This document shows, in pieces, positions 17,601 through 26,951 of a stretch of DNA of 32,876 bases. A program made the position numbers and the translations under genes. The DNA is from a virus (lineage: Duplodnaviria > Caudoviricetes). The notes beneath the pieces are model-generated. The model was not told where the DNA came from and did no database searches. It saw nothing but the letters and a program-made list of their open reading frames with translations. Numbering within the stretch: the stretch's first letter is position 1; the number at the start of each line of letters is the position of its first letter. The stretch lies in IMG/VR virus record IMGVR_UViG_3300032259_000012, positions 1-32,876 of that record. One strand, given 5' to 3'.

Positions 17601-19676
17601 GTTCTCTAGGAAGAATAATTTCCTAGGTTGCTCATGTAATCCCTTAGCTAGTAACTGCCTATTCTGAACTACGTGTTCGATAAACTCTATGGAGGCATTA
17701 GTTTGTTTAGCTATCTGACCGTATGTCAGGCCACGCGTATCCTTGATAAGTTCAATAGCATCTGATACTTTAGTACGGAATAGCAGATGAGCTAGGTCTT
17801 CTAGGTCAGTGATAACTTCATCACCTACTTTCAGATTAAGAGTTAGCTTAGGATCAGCGTTAAGTTTCTTAGAGGCATATATCAAAGCGGCTTGAATCCT
17901 GGGAGTATCACCTGCCTGGATAATCTGGTTGTTTATAAAACCAGACTTACCAGCTAGCTCATATGCAAATGTAGCATTCATAAACTCCTCATCTGCATGG
18001 TAGGTAGAGGACTCTAGAGGCTTATAAGTTTTCTTACCATTCAATATATCGTAGGTTCTGTTAGCACGCCACTTAGGATTAGATGCTACACCCTTAGATA
18101 CAGAGGCTTCCAATGCATTGATCATAACAGGCCGGCCACCCCAAGGATCAATAACTACCTTAGTAGTTCTATATTGATACTTAGTAGCTAGTGTGTCTAA
18201 GTCATCCATTCCAACTAGAGAGTTATCCAGTTTGAGGGATACATCAAATGGTAGATCCTTTGTAGGCTGTAAAGACTTTAGGTATTCATTATCAAACTTC
18301 CCCTTAGCCGTTCTAATACTAACCTTACGCCCTACATTAAGCTCCATAGCATTATGGACAAACTTACGGATCTCTGGTTTCTTAAGATCCGTAGCCCGAT
18401 CTACATTAATAATATATGTATCGGTAGCATTATCTAGTTTAGTAGTTAATCCTGGAATCATATCGCCAAATAGTCGATGCTGGCTGGACTTAAGTACCTT
18501 CCCAGTTTGAGGCTTAGTCTGAGTCAGCCACATCCGTGGATCAGGTACATAGATATCTTGCCTGCCTTTACCCATCCGCATAATATCCTCAGGCAGGGGC
18601 ATACTAAAAGGGTTAGTAACATTAGTATAATGTTTGATAGGTTTACTCACACCTACCAAGGCTTCTGGATTATCATATACAACCTTAGATACTAACTCAA
18701 ATGGTGTAGCATTCCACTGGCCTAGTGCATCATAGCTTTCGTAGATACTAGCTGGCCGCGCACCCTTAGCCTTAGTAGTTGTCAGCCCTTGTAACTCTCC
18801 ATCCAGCATAGAGTATATATGCTTACCTGTAGCAACCCTAGTACGGTCTAATGTCTGGGTGGCCAGCGCTATTGTATCTGCGCCAAGGCTATTCACTTGA
18901 TTCAGTAGTACAGCCTCTTGGGCTTTGATAGTATAGATACCTTGGGCGGCGCCGATACCGTCAGCTACTCCAGCCACTTTCATGGCAGGTGTAAAGTTAT
19001 CTCCAAGCTGTCCTATATCTGCAACTTGAGCAGCCTGGTAGGTCTTTTTAAATTGAGTACTCTTAATTAATGTACCTACAGAGCCTAGACCTAAGCCTAG
19101 ACCTACCCCCAGTGCATAATCCCATACATCGTAGTTACCATCTAGGTATGCGTGGCCATTATATAGAGCAGCAAACCCAGTCTCATATGCCATAGCCTCA
19201 GCTGCACCCTTCTTAAAAGCTTCTACCTGGAATGTGCGCTTAGCCGCTTTAGCAGCAGAGTTAGCATGACCTTCCTTAACTAATAGTTCTGCGGCTTTAT
19301 TCTGAAACCCTAGTATTTTATTATCCCAGGATTTGAAAGGCTGATTTAGAGCTGTAACTTTACCTGATCCAGCAAACTTCATAGCACTAGATAGTAACTT
19401 ACCAGCTCCCATAGGAACAAAGATGCCCCCAATAAACGAGCCTAGCTCTACAGCATCCCTATGGTTTTCATAGAAATCCGCCATATCAGTATTAAGGGCA
19501 GCCAATGCAGAAGAGGTCTCTACCTTATAGTCAGTAAGCCAGGACATGGAATTAACAATAGAGGTGCCTATATCTACCCCTACTGAGACGGGATAATCTA
19601 TAATATCATCCCATTCCCAGTCAGAGTTATCATCACGATGCTGCTCTAACGAATTCAGTAAATCATAAGTAGCCAT
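14622..19676 (-). CDS. large internal virion / DNA ejection protein (T7 gp16-like position)
   Basis: 1684 aa, helical, N-terminal Gly-rich hydrophobic segments, C-terminal GLYQTF...QNMF segment; last gene of the virion module. Confidence 0.7.
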   Translation of the reverse strand: MATYDLLNSLEQHRDDNSDWEWDDIIDYPVSVGVDIGTSIVNSMSWLTDYKVETSSALAALNTDMADFYENHRDAVELGSFIGGIFVPMGAGKLLSSAMKFAGSGKVTALNQPFKSWDNKILGFQNKAAELLVKEGHANSAAKAAKRTFQVEAFKKGAAEAMAYETGFAALYNGHAYLDGNYDVWDYALGVGLGLGLGSVGTLIKSTQFKKTYQAAQVADIGQLGDNFTPAMKVAGVADGIGAAQGIYTIKAQEAVLLNQVNSLGADTIALATQTLDRTRVATGKHIYSMLDGELQGLTTTKAKGARPASIYESYDALGQWNATPFELVSKVVYDNPEALVGVSKPIKHYTNVTNPFSMPLPEDIMRMGKGRQDIYVPDPRMWLTQTKPQTGKVLKSSQHRLFGDMIPGLTTKLDNATDTYIINVDRATDLKKPEIRKFVHNAMELNVGRKVSIRTAKGKFDNEYLKSLQPTKDLPFDVSLKLDNSLVGMDDLDTLATKYQYRTTKVVIDPWGGRPVMINALEASVSKGVASNPKWRANRTYDILNGKKTYKPLESSTYHADEEFMNATFAYELAGKSGFINNQIIQAGDTPRIQAALIYASKKLNADPKLTLNLKVGDEVITDLEDLAHLLFRTKVSDAIELIKDTRGLTYGQIAKQTNASIEFIEHVVQNRQLLAKGLHEQPRKLFFLENISESSHIMYNELNHTKFLNAKPLLLEGDGMVGARATEIQTAANLDKDTTKELFRGAINDVMTTSSPDVQGFHELVSGTEPMRILLDNISALATRGTMGKYNFTSREMAQRVLGANSEYISASAKAFNSSVIRFLDEVTTSVQPTFAAVNKNEVARTLFYQFRQTLDAMPSTQLENLMYDATTGKIITKLNAEGEPIAYLKFLSDDTKEINLHIAEAKGTIADLMKAWLPVQSRYLQINQANSRLLGGTPMQGRGIWFPRKPVDDSFVAYVVDSTSHDPSHVKQIVGRSLDDLETRVNGIRADLVGTSKKVISYAEMKETHNHLYQYAKMNELSRADVALTKRGIPLDDIPVDGRGFQEILDGLSTEAWNKHRNLFVNSNPELFNGLDDIIKHQTALGRSSAERFALKRQGKLETAELTKKTLLNYDLTKDFKEFEAASNTYSAVLDTAISKTSEILGKITGKASITQADYDGLAAKLQEANLPNPYRSYLDFIQQAKPELVPKSQAFIAQASSVMVAANLRFLEASHAIVTTLSTPVILGAELAHKKFPMKFMMEGVKLARGKSPEAMAIMKRARDLGYAKPHLSEIDDLMYNLAVKPNKVQAALNSKFIKLGSKLSDASEGITREVAYATGYRMAQANHGPKAAKEILEAYAFAFTNRTMGNYTTRQRPTVFQGALGATVGLYQTFMMTMAQNMFRFLEAGDRRALVQLFGSQGLMFGTQSVPGYGVVNDVLGAWINDDNSHVDITQTIYNALGDDTEQSRSMAEMVLYGFPAWATQTGFHTRAEISPRSPVGITRTGLEFAPPLLNGAIELMNNAWDTASNLGNVAAIGGSIPDVGRAALEGVAAQFLWRPGARAAEWALGYSKDRSGTVLSTEEEVRGFWPTAARIMGSRPLKEQALRQVKFYGKYYDSVDSLNRRKAIKSMKSLVAGESSASLGGVMQDYLTAGGTYRGWSQSMQQAYMSSDVEFADKLAERVTKQPGIYDIVNSYAF

Positions 19677-19695
19677 TATATAATCCTATAACTTA

Positions 19696-21126
19696 TTAGT
19701 TTAGGCCCATGCGATACATAAAAGTATCACCCTGCATGGCTCGTTTGATACGATTAGCATGACCAAGCATTGCCAGATCCTCTTGAGTATATCTGAGGCC
19801 TAGAGTGCTATAGTTACTATTAATCTCATCTAATAGTATTGGTTGAAACCTAGCTAGCACTCCATCTATATGAGGTGAGTTACCTAGCTTCATCTCCTCC
19901 TGCACACGGTCCTGAGATATCTTCATAGCCTCTGTAGCCGATAGTCCAGGATCATCATTAACAGCTTGGCGATACCCATAGAATACTTTATTTAGCACAT
20001 CAGCATCATTAGGATGCATACCTATCAGTAGCTTAGGTTGATATAAAGATTTCATTGCAGTCTTTATCTGCCTGGCTTTAATATCCGCCATCTCTAGTGA
20101 AAACTGCTGGCCTGCCCTACGAAGTATCTCACGCTGGAGCAAGGTAGGATCTTTCTTAGCACGTAGGTTTGCTATTGCAGGATCCATTGATTTAGGATTC
20201 ATTACCACAGCTGTTACATCTGCAATAGATTTCTTACGAGCTTGTTCCATAGCAGGGATAAGAGACTGGGCTGTAGCTAGCTCGTCAGGGTCAGTTATAA
20301 GACTCATTGCTACGCGTCCTACATTATCGTAATAATCATTAGTGCTCATACCAGTAGGTACATCAGGTGTTTGATAGGCATCCATAGCAGTAAGACCCTG
20401 CTCGAACTGTTTGGCAAGTATCACCTTAGCTCCCATAGTCGGATCATCAGTACGCAGCATAGCCTTGCGAGCCGCATCTTCAGAATCTATAGTAGGATCC
20501 ATACGAACTAGCATCTGGGCCACAGGACTTGTAGTAACAGTCTCTTCCGCATAACCCTGCGCTATATCTAATCGACGATACAGATCAGCTTCAGGCTTAT
20601 AATCTCCCTCTAGTTTAGATTGGGCATTGGCTAGATGAGCACGCCGTGGGGCGAATAGCTCATTCCTCTCTGCCTCCCAGCCCTTATCAGCTATTAAAGC
20701 TATATTACGCTGCTTAGCTATTAGATCATTTAACTGCGGATTCCCTGCATCATACAAAGCCATTCGCTGGATATTCTCAGTTATCTTATCCAGCCCTTTA
20801 TAGTTATCTGTCATGTACACTTGTTTAGCTTGCTGCTCATCTAGGACTAATTGCTCACCTAGATCATTAACCCAATTATGAAATTGATTATACCGATCAA
20901 CTGGATTACCCTCTGGATTAAGGTCTACAGTAGGCACCTCTACACTATAAGGTACTGTAGGTGCAATAGGATCGTCTAAGTAGAACTTAAAAGGATCCTC
21001 CTCTAGCCCTCGTGCAGCATCTGTAGCTCTATCTGTAAACGATGGAGTAAAACCCTCGGCCCCTCTCATAGTTTGTAGGTAGGAACTTAGAGCATTTAGA
21101 TTGTAACCGCTACCTTGCTTAGCCAT
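19696..21126 (-). CDS. putative internal virion protein (gp15-like position)
   Basis: 476 aa helical A/Q/D-rich protein; synteny. Confidence 0.55.
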   Translation of the reverse strand: MAKQGSGYNLNALSSYLQTMRGAEGFTPSFTDRATDAARGLEEDPFKFYLDDPIAPTVPYSVEVPTVDLNPEGNPVDRYNQFHNWVNDLGEQLVLDEQQAKQVYMTDNYKGLDKITENIQRMALYDAGNPQLNDLIAKQRNIALIADKGWEAERNELFAPRRAHLANAQSKLEGDYKPEADLYRRLDIAQGYAEETVTTSPVAQMLVRMDPTIDSEDAARKAMLRTDDPTMGAKVILAKQFEQGLTAMDAYQTPDVPTGMSTNDYYDNVGRVAMSLITDPDELATAQSLIPAMEQARKKSIADVTAVVMNPKSMDPAIANLRAKKDPTLLQREILRRAGQQFSLEMADIKARQIKTAMKSLYQPKLLIGMHPNDADVLNKVFYGYRQAVNDDPGLSATEAMKISQDRVQEEMKLGNSPHIDGVLARFQPILLDEINSNYSTLGLRYTQEDLAMLGHANRIKRAMQGDTFMYRMGLN

Positions 21127-22202
21127 TATAGTAACCCTATTTCACGAGCTAGTGCATTATCCCTTAGAGCTAGCTGCCTCTCATAATCCCACGAAGCTGC
21201 CGTACCCCCTGTAGGGGCCGGAGTGCCCCAAGGACGACTAGCCTGGGAGTTATACAAGGCTATCTTCTCTGGGCGTGACAATCCAGCACTATCACTACCA
21301 CCACTGAATCCTCCGAGTGGAGACTTAGCTGTATCCGTATCTCCTTCCATCTCCTCTAACTGCTGCTTCATTACATCTAACTCAGTTTGTAATAACTGGT
21401 TCTTTAAATCCTCTGCAGTAGTCTCAGCTGGGCGCAGACCTTCTGTAGCCAGCTCCTCTGCCGCTTTAGTTTCTTCTCCAGTAAACTCTGTAGTAGTAGT
21501 GCCAGTTTTAACTCCACCTTTACCAGCCTGGATTAGGTTAGTCATAGAAGCGACTATATCATCTGGTATACCTGCGGCACTAGCCATAGTTTGCAGTAGA
21601 TTAGTAGCCTGATTTGCATAAGCTTCCTGCCTACCAGTGATAGCCTGTGCCTGCTGGCCAGCTGTACGAGAGGCCATATCCTGAGTCATTAGAGCTTCTA
21701 AGGCAGATGATGAAGCCCCAGCACCTTCAAAAGCTCCAGACAATTCAGGTAGGATCTGCTCCATCAACTGGCGAGTTAGTTCATCTACATCACCTTTAGC
21801 AGCTTCCTTAGCCTTTTCAGGAGTAAGCTCTCCTACACGCTGAGCCATATTAGCAATAAGATCCTGGATAGACTTCTGCTGGTCTACCTGGAAGTCACTG
21901 CCACCCTGGGATATTAATCTATTAAGTGTCTCCAATGCTTCCGGAGTCATACTAGACTCGTTAGCAGTGGTAGTCTCAGTTCCACTAGAAGTAGAAGTAA
22001 GATCAGATGTAGCTACGTCTGTGCCTGGAGATGCTGAGGGTTTACTAGGAGCTACTACAGTATTACCCCCGGGGCGTACAGGTTTCTGTAGCGGTCTCCG
22101 TACTGGGTTGGTGAGCGAGCTATTTACATAGTTATGTTGGAACTGCCTAATGCCAGAGATAAGGTCATCAACCGCTACATTACTACCTAGTGGACTAGCC
22201 AT
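21126..22202 (-). CDS. putative internal virion / ejection protein (gp14-like position)
   Basis: S/T/G/Q/A-rich low-complexity and coiled-coil segments; TAATG coupling. Confidence 0.55.
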   Translation of the reverse strand: MASPLGSNVAVDDLISGIRQFQHNYVNSSLTNPVRRPLQKPVRPGGNTVVAPSKPSASPGTDVATSDLTSTSSGTETTTANESSMTPEALETLNRLISQGGSDFQVDQQKSIQDLIANMAQRVGELTPEKAKEAAKGDVDELTRQLMEQILPELSGAFEGAGASSSALEALMTQDMASRTAGQQAQAITGRQEAYANQATNLLQTMASAAGIPDDIVASMTNLIQAGKGGVKTGTTTTEFTGEETKAAEELATEGLRPAETTAEDLKNQLLQTELDVMKQQLEEMEGDTDTAKSPLGGFSGGSDSAGLSRPEKIALYNSQASRPWGTPAPTGGTAASWDYERQLALRDNALAREIGLL

Positions 22203-22606
22203 TATCCGAACTCCTTTTTAGATTCATACATATTGTATAGGTCTGCTAGTAACTTAGATCCGGGTGACTTAGCTTTAAGCAAGGCTTTTACATGCTCGCT
22301 TCTACCTTTAATACGAGGATCTAGGTATAGCCTCTTATACCCACCTGTATGCTCACCTGCTTCAGCCCTACGTACGAGGTCACTGAAAGCACTGGTGCCA
22401 GGCTCTAATCCTTTCATAACAGCTTGAGCTTCCGCCATGCGTTCAATACCTAGCTTAAGAGCGCGGCGAGTATCTAAATCATTTGCATTAGTATCGCGCT
22501 TAGTCTGCTCTAGCATACGCAGAATAGTACGAGCTTGCCTAGGGGATCTAGGATTTAACTGCCGCATTTGATCCATTAGACTGGCAGCTCTATTATCTGA
22601 TGGCAT
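22202..22606 (-). CDS. hypothetical basic virion-module protein
   Basis: 134 aa, coupled to both neighbours. Confidence 0.7.
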   Translation of the reverse strand: MPSDNRAASLMDQMRQLNPRSPRQARTILRMLEQTKRDTNANDLDTRRALKLGIERMAEAQAVMKGLEPGTSAFSDLVRRAEAGEHTGGYKRLYLDPRIKGRSEHVKALLKAKSPGSKLLADLYNMYESKKEFG

Positions 22607-23852
22607 ACTTAAACCCTCTTATTAGGATACGGCGAATATTAAACCTACCTTTAAAGACTATATTAAACCATTTGCCTACAGGAGTCAAGTCACAATTCTG
22701 GATAGCCGCAGTGTTATTACTAGACACTGCTACATCTGCTATAGATCGTCCATTCTCTGATCGTTCTACAGTTATTGTGTTATTGGGATGTCCTACATAT
22801 TCGGCAATTACATCAGTTAGCCGAGTCTTGCCAGATCTAGACATCTGGTATTTACCCACTACTAACTCAGAATCTGCTGGATTATCATTATAAATATATG
22901 TAATACCGTCAGTACCAATACATCCCAGAGATCTATGACCATCAGAGTTAGTTAACTCAAATGCGTAATCCCGAGTTAGCCCATAGCCAGACTGATTAAT
23001 GGGATCCAGAGAGAATACTATATTACTGGTATCTTCTATAATACCAAGTTTATCTAATACTGTATCATACACATAGATTCTACTGATAGGAGATAATAGA
23101 TCATCCTCTGGATAAGCAGTTAGAAATGTACTTCCCTGAGGTCTAGGTAGCGTAGCACTAATAACCTGATCAGTATTTCGACTAGTATACTGGTTTATAC
23201 CCTTTCGTATAGCTAGTCCTAAATATCTATGCCCCATATTAATTACACGAACTGGGATAGGCAATGTGCGTAGCCAGTTAAGCAGTTCAGGATATAAGTA
23301 TTCATTATTACCTGTATTAGGGTTATGCTTAATCAACCCGGATTTAGTCCAAGCTAGTACAAAATCTCCTTGATTTTGTATATGACTAGGATTTACTATA
23401 CCCTCTGGATGCACTGATTTAAATTTAAATACTACTTGACTATTCTCATAGGAAGCTTTTACTATATTCCCTGTAGCTGCTATTAGAAACCCTTCATCAT
23501 AGTAACGTAGCATTTTAATCTCACCCTTAACAGCATCCACTGTTAAGGTATTAGCTCGGGTAGTTAGGCTAGGTTCAAAATCTGTGACATTGATAGAGGC
23601 TCCCCAGTATAGAGCATTAGCCACATCCCAAGCAGCCATACGTCCTCGGGCTGCACATATACCTACTATATGTAATAAGGTGCTAGCTCCCGGAGCTCCT
23701 CCGGCTGATGTAATAGTATTATTAGATATAACAGCGAATGTCTCAGTACCATCATCTGTAAGAACCACAATTACTACAGCAGGAGTAGTTTTAAATATCT
23801 TAATCTCTATATCATTCTGAGCTATAGCAGTAGCTTTTACATTACAAGTCAT
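22593..23852 (-). CDS. tail nozzle / DNA-stabilisation protein, C-terminal part (beta-propeller-like)
   Basis: GICAARGRMAAWD..NALYW...TDF.PS, beta-rich, ends GKWFNIVFKGRFNI; likely start ATG 23852, 7 nt after GGAG. Confidence 0.6.
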   Translation of the reverse strand: MTCNVKATAIAQNDIEIKIFKTTPAVVIVVLTDDGTETFAVISNNTITSAGGAPGASTLLHIVGICAARGRMAAWDVANALYWGASINVTDFEPSLTTRANTLTVDAVKGEIKMLRYYDEGFLIAATGNIVKASYENSQVVFKFKSVHPEGIVNPSHIQNQGDFVLAWTKSGLIKHNPNTGNNEYLYPELLNWLRTLPIPVRVINMGHRYLGLAIRKGINQYTSRNTDQVISATLPRPQGSTFLTAYPEDDLLSPISRIYVYDTVLDKLGIIEDTSNIVFSLDPINQSGYGLTRDYAFELTNSDGHRSLGCIGTDGITYIYNDNPADSELVVGKYQMSRSGKTRLTDVIAEYVGHPNNTITVERSENGRSIADVAVSSNNTAAIQNCDLTPVGKWFNIVFKGRFNIRRILIRGFKYAIR

Positions 23853-23854
23853 AA

Positions 23855-26167
23855 TTAGTCTCCCCCTCCACCACACCACGCTGGAGTATCTATACTGTCC
23901 CATCCATTAACTTCTAATGCCGCTTTTAATATCTCAGGTATATCATTACTATCCTGATCCTCTGTAAAGTATAAGGAGGTTAGCTCAAATGCAGTAGAGT
24001 TATGCGTAGCCTTTCCATCGGTACGACTAAGTAGATTTACTAATCCATACAAATCAGTTTCATGATCATGCGTAGTAGCTACTACAGTTTGATCAGCATT
24101 AGATACAATACGAGGAGCTAGGTAGTCATGAGCTAAATATATAAGATCAAACCATTTAATAGATATAGCTCTGCCAGGCCCAGAAGCTTCATCTGAGACT
24201 GTTACATCAGGGAATGCAGCTACCACTGCAGCAGAGAAGTGGGCTATCCGGGTAGTTAGATCCTCCACTCCAGCTGCTGCCCAATTATAGTTAAATGTAG
24301 TTCCACCTTTAACTATAGTGATATCAGCCACACTAGTAGCCATAGCTGGTGCTACATATATACGGGAGTAATTCTTATATTTAACAACCTCATTAGTAAT
24401 AGGAATAGACCTATACCCATAGGTATTATACGTAGCTAAGGTATCAGTGGCAGGTACATTATTATTTATAGTTACTCCTTCAAAGGTAAGAAAGGGCTGC
24501 TGTAAACTAATCGTAGCTAGTTGATGTGCCCCACCACTACCCGCTGTTACTTCTTCAATAGCTAAGCCACTAATATTGGTATTAGCTATAGTAATTATCT
24601 TATTATAGATAATCTCCAGCAAAGCCGCTGGGCTAGTACCTGTAGGTGCAGTAATATTAACACTACCACTAGTAAATGTTAAAGTTATATCTAAATCTGT
24701 GTCATAGGTACTAGCATATCCATAACCAATTGTAAGATTAGTAGTATCCCAATCAGGTACAGGGCGCTCCCATACAGTATGGGGCAATAAATGGATGTAG
24801 CTCATAGTAGATCTAAATGATTGGATACGTATATCATCAGCTTGTGTAGCTGCCGTAGACCATACAATCTGAGTTATCTCTCCTCCAGGATCATCTGAAG
24901 AGTACGGGATACTAGTAAGTGGGTCTCCAGCTGCGTCCTCTGCTTCATATATCCAGGTATCCCAGCTAGTAAAAGATTGTGGATAAGTATCAGCACTGGG
25001 ATTAGATACAGCCACTCGCACAGGAGCTACAAATATATCACTAGGAGTAGTAACTAGGGAATCAGTGCCTGGCATAAGTTTAGCTTGGATAGTAGGGTTA
25101 AGGTTTAATCTATCTACCAATGCCTGGTTAACCTTATCTACCATATGGGTTTTCTTTAAGGCAGTAAATGCGCTATAATCTACTCCATCCAGAGTGATAG
25201 TCTTATAACTAGAGTTATCATCCTCTATTGCATTTTGGATAACTATTGTAGTAGCTCCTCCAGCTGTATTAGCTAAGAAGGAGGGGATTAGCTTATTGAT
25301 TATTAATTCACCAGGCTTTACTTGCTCTATATAGCCTATGTAAGGCAGTCCTTGAGCATAGACATATAACTTATTTGCAATAACAGCATATGTCCATAGA
25401 GTACTAGATAGCTCAATTAATTGCACCCAATCCAACCCATTATCCATAGTGACTGTAATACTAGCCGTTATATCAACTATAGTAGGAGCACTCAGTTGCT
25501 GCTGCAAGGTCTTTATAAATAGCCCCTCACTAGTAAAAGCTATCTGGAGTACGTCACCTCCGAAAGTTTGATAAGAGATAATTTCCTGTATGATAGGAGC
25601 TACAGCAGGAGTTAAAACTTTTACACTAAAATTATCTATGTCCCCAGTAAATCCCCCTATTACGGAAGATATACCAATTTGCTCAGAAGCAAAAGGATTT
25701 AAAGTAACCTCCCATACATAGGTTCCATCGGCAGTATACGTAGGACTAGTAGTAGTATTTAATACTACCCTAGCTCCTCCAGCAGAGTAATTACTGATAG
25801 TAAAAGTAACTCGATACCTAGTACCTTCTACCAACGTAGCCGCCACTGCCTGGAACAAATATTGCCAATCTAATGCTGTAGCACAAGATGCAACTCCTGC
25901 CGCTATAGTCCATCCAGTACCCTTAGTCCAATCTGTATCAGCATCAAATCCAGGATTATTAATTAACTCAGCGCCCACCTGTGCTGGTACTTCCAGTAGA
26001 TCAGTACCAAGGCTTACATCACGCCCAAAGAAAGCCTCATACCCCATAGCAGTAGGCATGATATTCTTGCCATCGTATACGAAAGGATCTTCAGTTAATC
26101 CTAGCTCCTCTGGATTAACTGGGATGAGGCCTTTTAGTAAATCTACTTCCTTACTAGAGCGTGCCAT
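23855..26167 (-). CDS. tail nozzle protein, N-terminal part with inserted carbohydrate-binding-like and beta-rich domains
   Basis: N-terminal DGKNIMPT..GY..FFG typical of P22 gp10-like stabilisation proteins; CBM-like insert at 25613-25978. Confidence 0.6.
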   Translation of the reverse strand: MARSSKEVDLLKGLIPVNPEELGLTEDPFVYDGKNIMPTAMGYEAFFGRDVSLGTDLLEVPAQVGAELINNPGFDADTDWTKGTGWTIAAGVASCATALDWQYLFQAVAATLVEGTRYRVTFTISNYSAGGARVVLNTTTSPTYTADGTYVWEVTLNPFASEQIGISSVIGGFTGDIDNFSVKVLTPAVAPIIQEIISYQTFGGDVLQIAFTSEGLFIKTLQQQLSAPTIVDITASITVTMDNGLDWVQLIELSSTLWTYAVIANKLYVYAQGLPYIGYIEQVKPGELIINKLIPSFLANTAGGATTIVIQNAIEDDNSSYKTITLDGVDYSAFTALKKTHMVDKVNQALVDRLNLNPTIQAKLMPGTDSLVTTPSDIFVAPVRVAVSNPSADTYPQSFTSWDTWIYEAEDAAGDPLTSIPYSSDDPGGEITQIVWSTAATQADDIRIQSFRSTMSYIHLLPHTVWERPVPDWDTTNLTIGYGYASTYDTDLDITLTFTSGSVNITAPTGTSPAALLEIIYNKIITIANTNISGLAIEEVTAGSGGAHQLATISLQQPFLTFEGVTINNNVPATDTLATYNTYGYRSIPITNEVVKYKNYSRIYVAPAMATSVADITIVKGGTTFNYNWAAAGVEDLTTRIAHFSAAVVAAFPDVTVSDEASGPGRAISIKWFDLIYLAHDYLAPRIVSNADQTVVATTHDHETDLYGLVNLLSRTDGKATHNSTAFELTSLYFTEDQDSNDIPEILKAALEVNGWDSIDTPAWCGGGGD

Positions 26168-26169
26168 GA

Positions 26170-26562
26170 TTAGCCTCGGTTAAATTGATCTGGAATAGCT
26201 AGAGCCTTCCAGGGTTTGATTCGATTAATTAGTAACTCCGCTGAACCAGCTAGACCTATTGCACTGAATGTATTAGATGGGAGATATAGCATATAATGAG
26301 TATCTGGTAATATAAGCATAGAGTCGGGGAGTAGTACCCCAGTTGCTGGAGCAGTAACTACAGCAGCTCCACTTTTAATTAATACTGGACTACCTACACA
26401 GAATACAGTACATACCCCATCTGCCTTACCTGGAAATAGATCTATAGCTGCACCCATTGCAATCTGCGTAACTGCTACTATAAAAGCGCCATCTGGATAG
26501 ACGAACTCTGCAGGTATGGGATTGCCATTCGCATCCGCGTGTGGGTAGATCTCTAGTGCCAT
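26170..26562 (-). CDS. putative virion structural protein
   Basis: 130 aa, beta-rich, inside the structural operon. Confidence 0.6.
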   Translation of the reverse strand: MALEIYPHADANGNPIPAEFVYPDGAFIVAVTQIAMGAAIDLFPGKADGVCTVFCVGSPVLIKSGAAVVTAPATGVLLPDSMLILPDTHYMLYLPSNTFSAIGLAGSAELLINRIKPWKALAIPDQFNRG

Positions 26563-26578
26563 GGGAGAGCTTCCTTCA

Positions 26579-26929
26579 TTATAGAATGCCTAGGTACTTA
26601 AGTACTTGTAACGTAAATAATACTCCCATACCTACTGACATAATCGTATTAACTCGAGTCTTTGTAGCAGCTAGTTCACCCTTAGTAGCATATGTAGCTT
26701 TACAATGATCTATTAATTGGCTTTTAACTGCCGATAAGTCTGATCTATTATCACTAGTTATAGAGTTTACTAGTGTTTTAATCTCTAGCATTGCAGCATT
26801 TAAAGTAGTAAACTCTAGCTGTAGTGCCGCCTCTAAGTTACTTAGTTTAGCTTCTAGAAGCTTATTAGCCAGGATAGTATCTAACTCCTGTCTAGTATAC
26901 AGATGCTCATCATCTTGAACTGGAGGCAT
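26579..26929 (-). CDS. holin-like membrane protein (coiled coil plus C-terminal TM helix)
   Basis: Heptad-like N-terminus; C-terminal IMSVGMGVLFTLQVLKYLGIL. Confidence 0.5.
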   Translation of the reverse strand: MPPVQDDEHLYTRQELDTILANKLLEAKLSNLEAALQLEFTTLNAAMLEIKTLVNSITSDNRSDLSAVKSQLIDHCKATYATKGELAATKTRVNTIMSVGMGVLFTLQVLKYLGIL

Positions 26930-26951
26930 ATAGATAGATCTCTTTTAGTTA

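Noticed and set aside
14622-19676. Virion RNA polymerase or lytic transglycosylase within the 1684 aa protein
   Set aside because: I found no DxDGD, T7-type RNAP or SLT motifs by eye; a structure search would be needed to exclude them.
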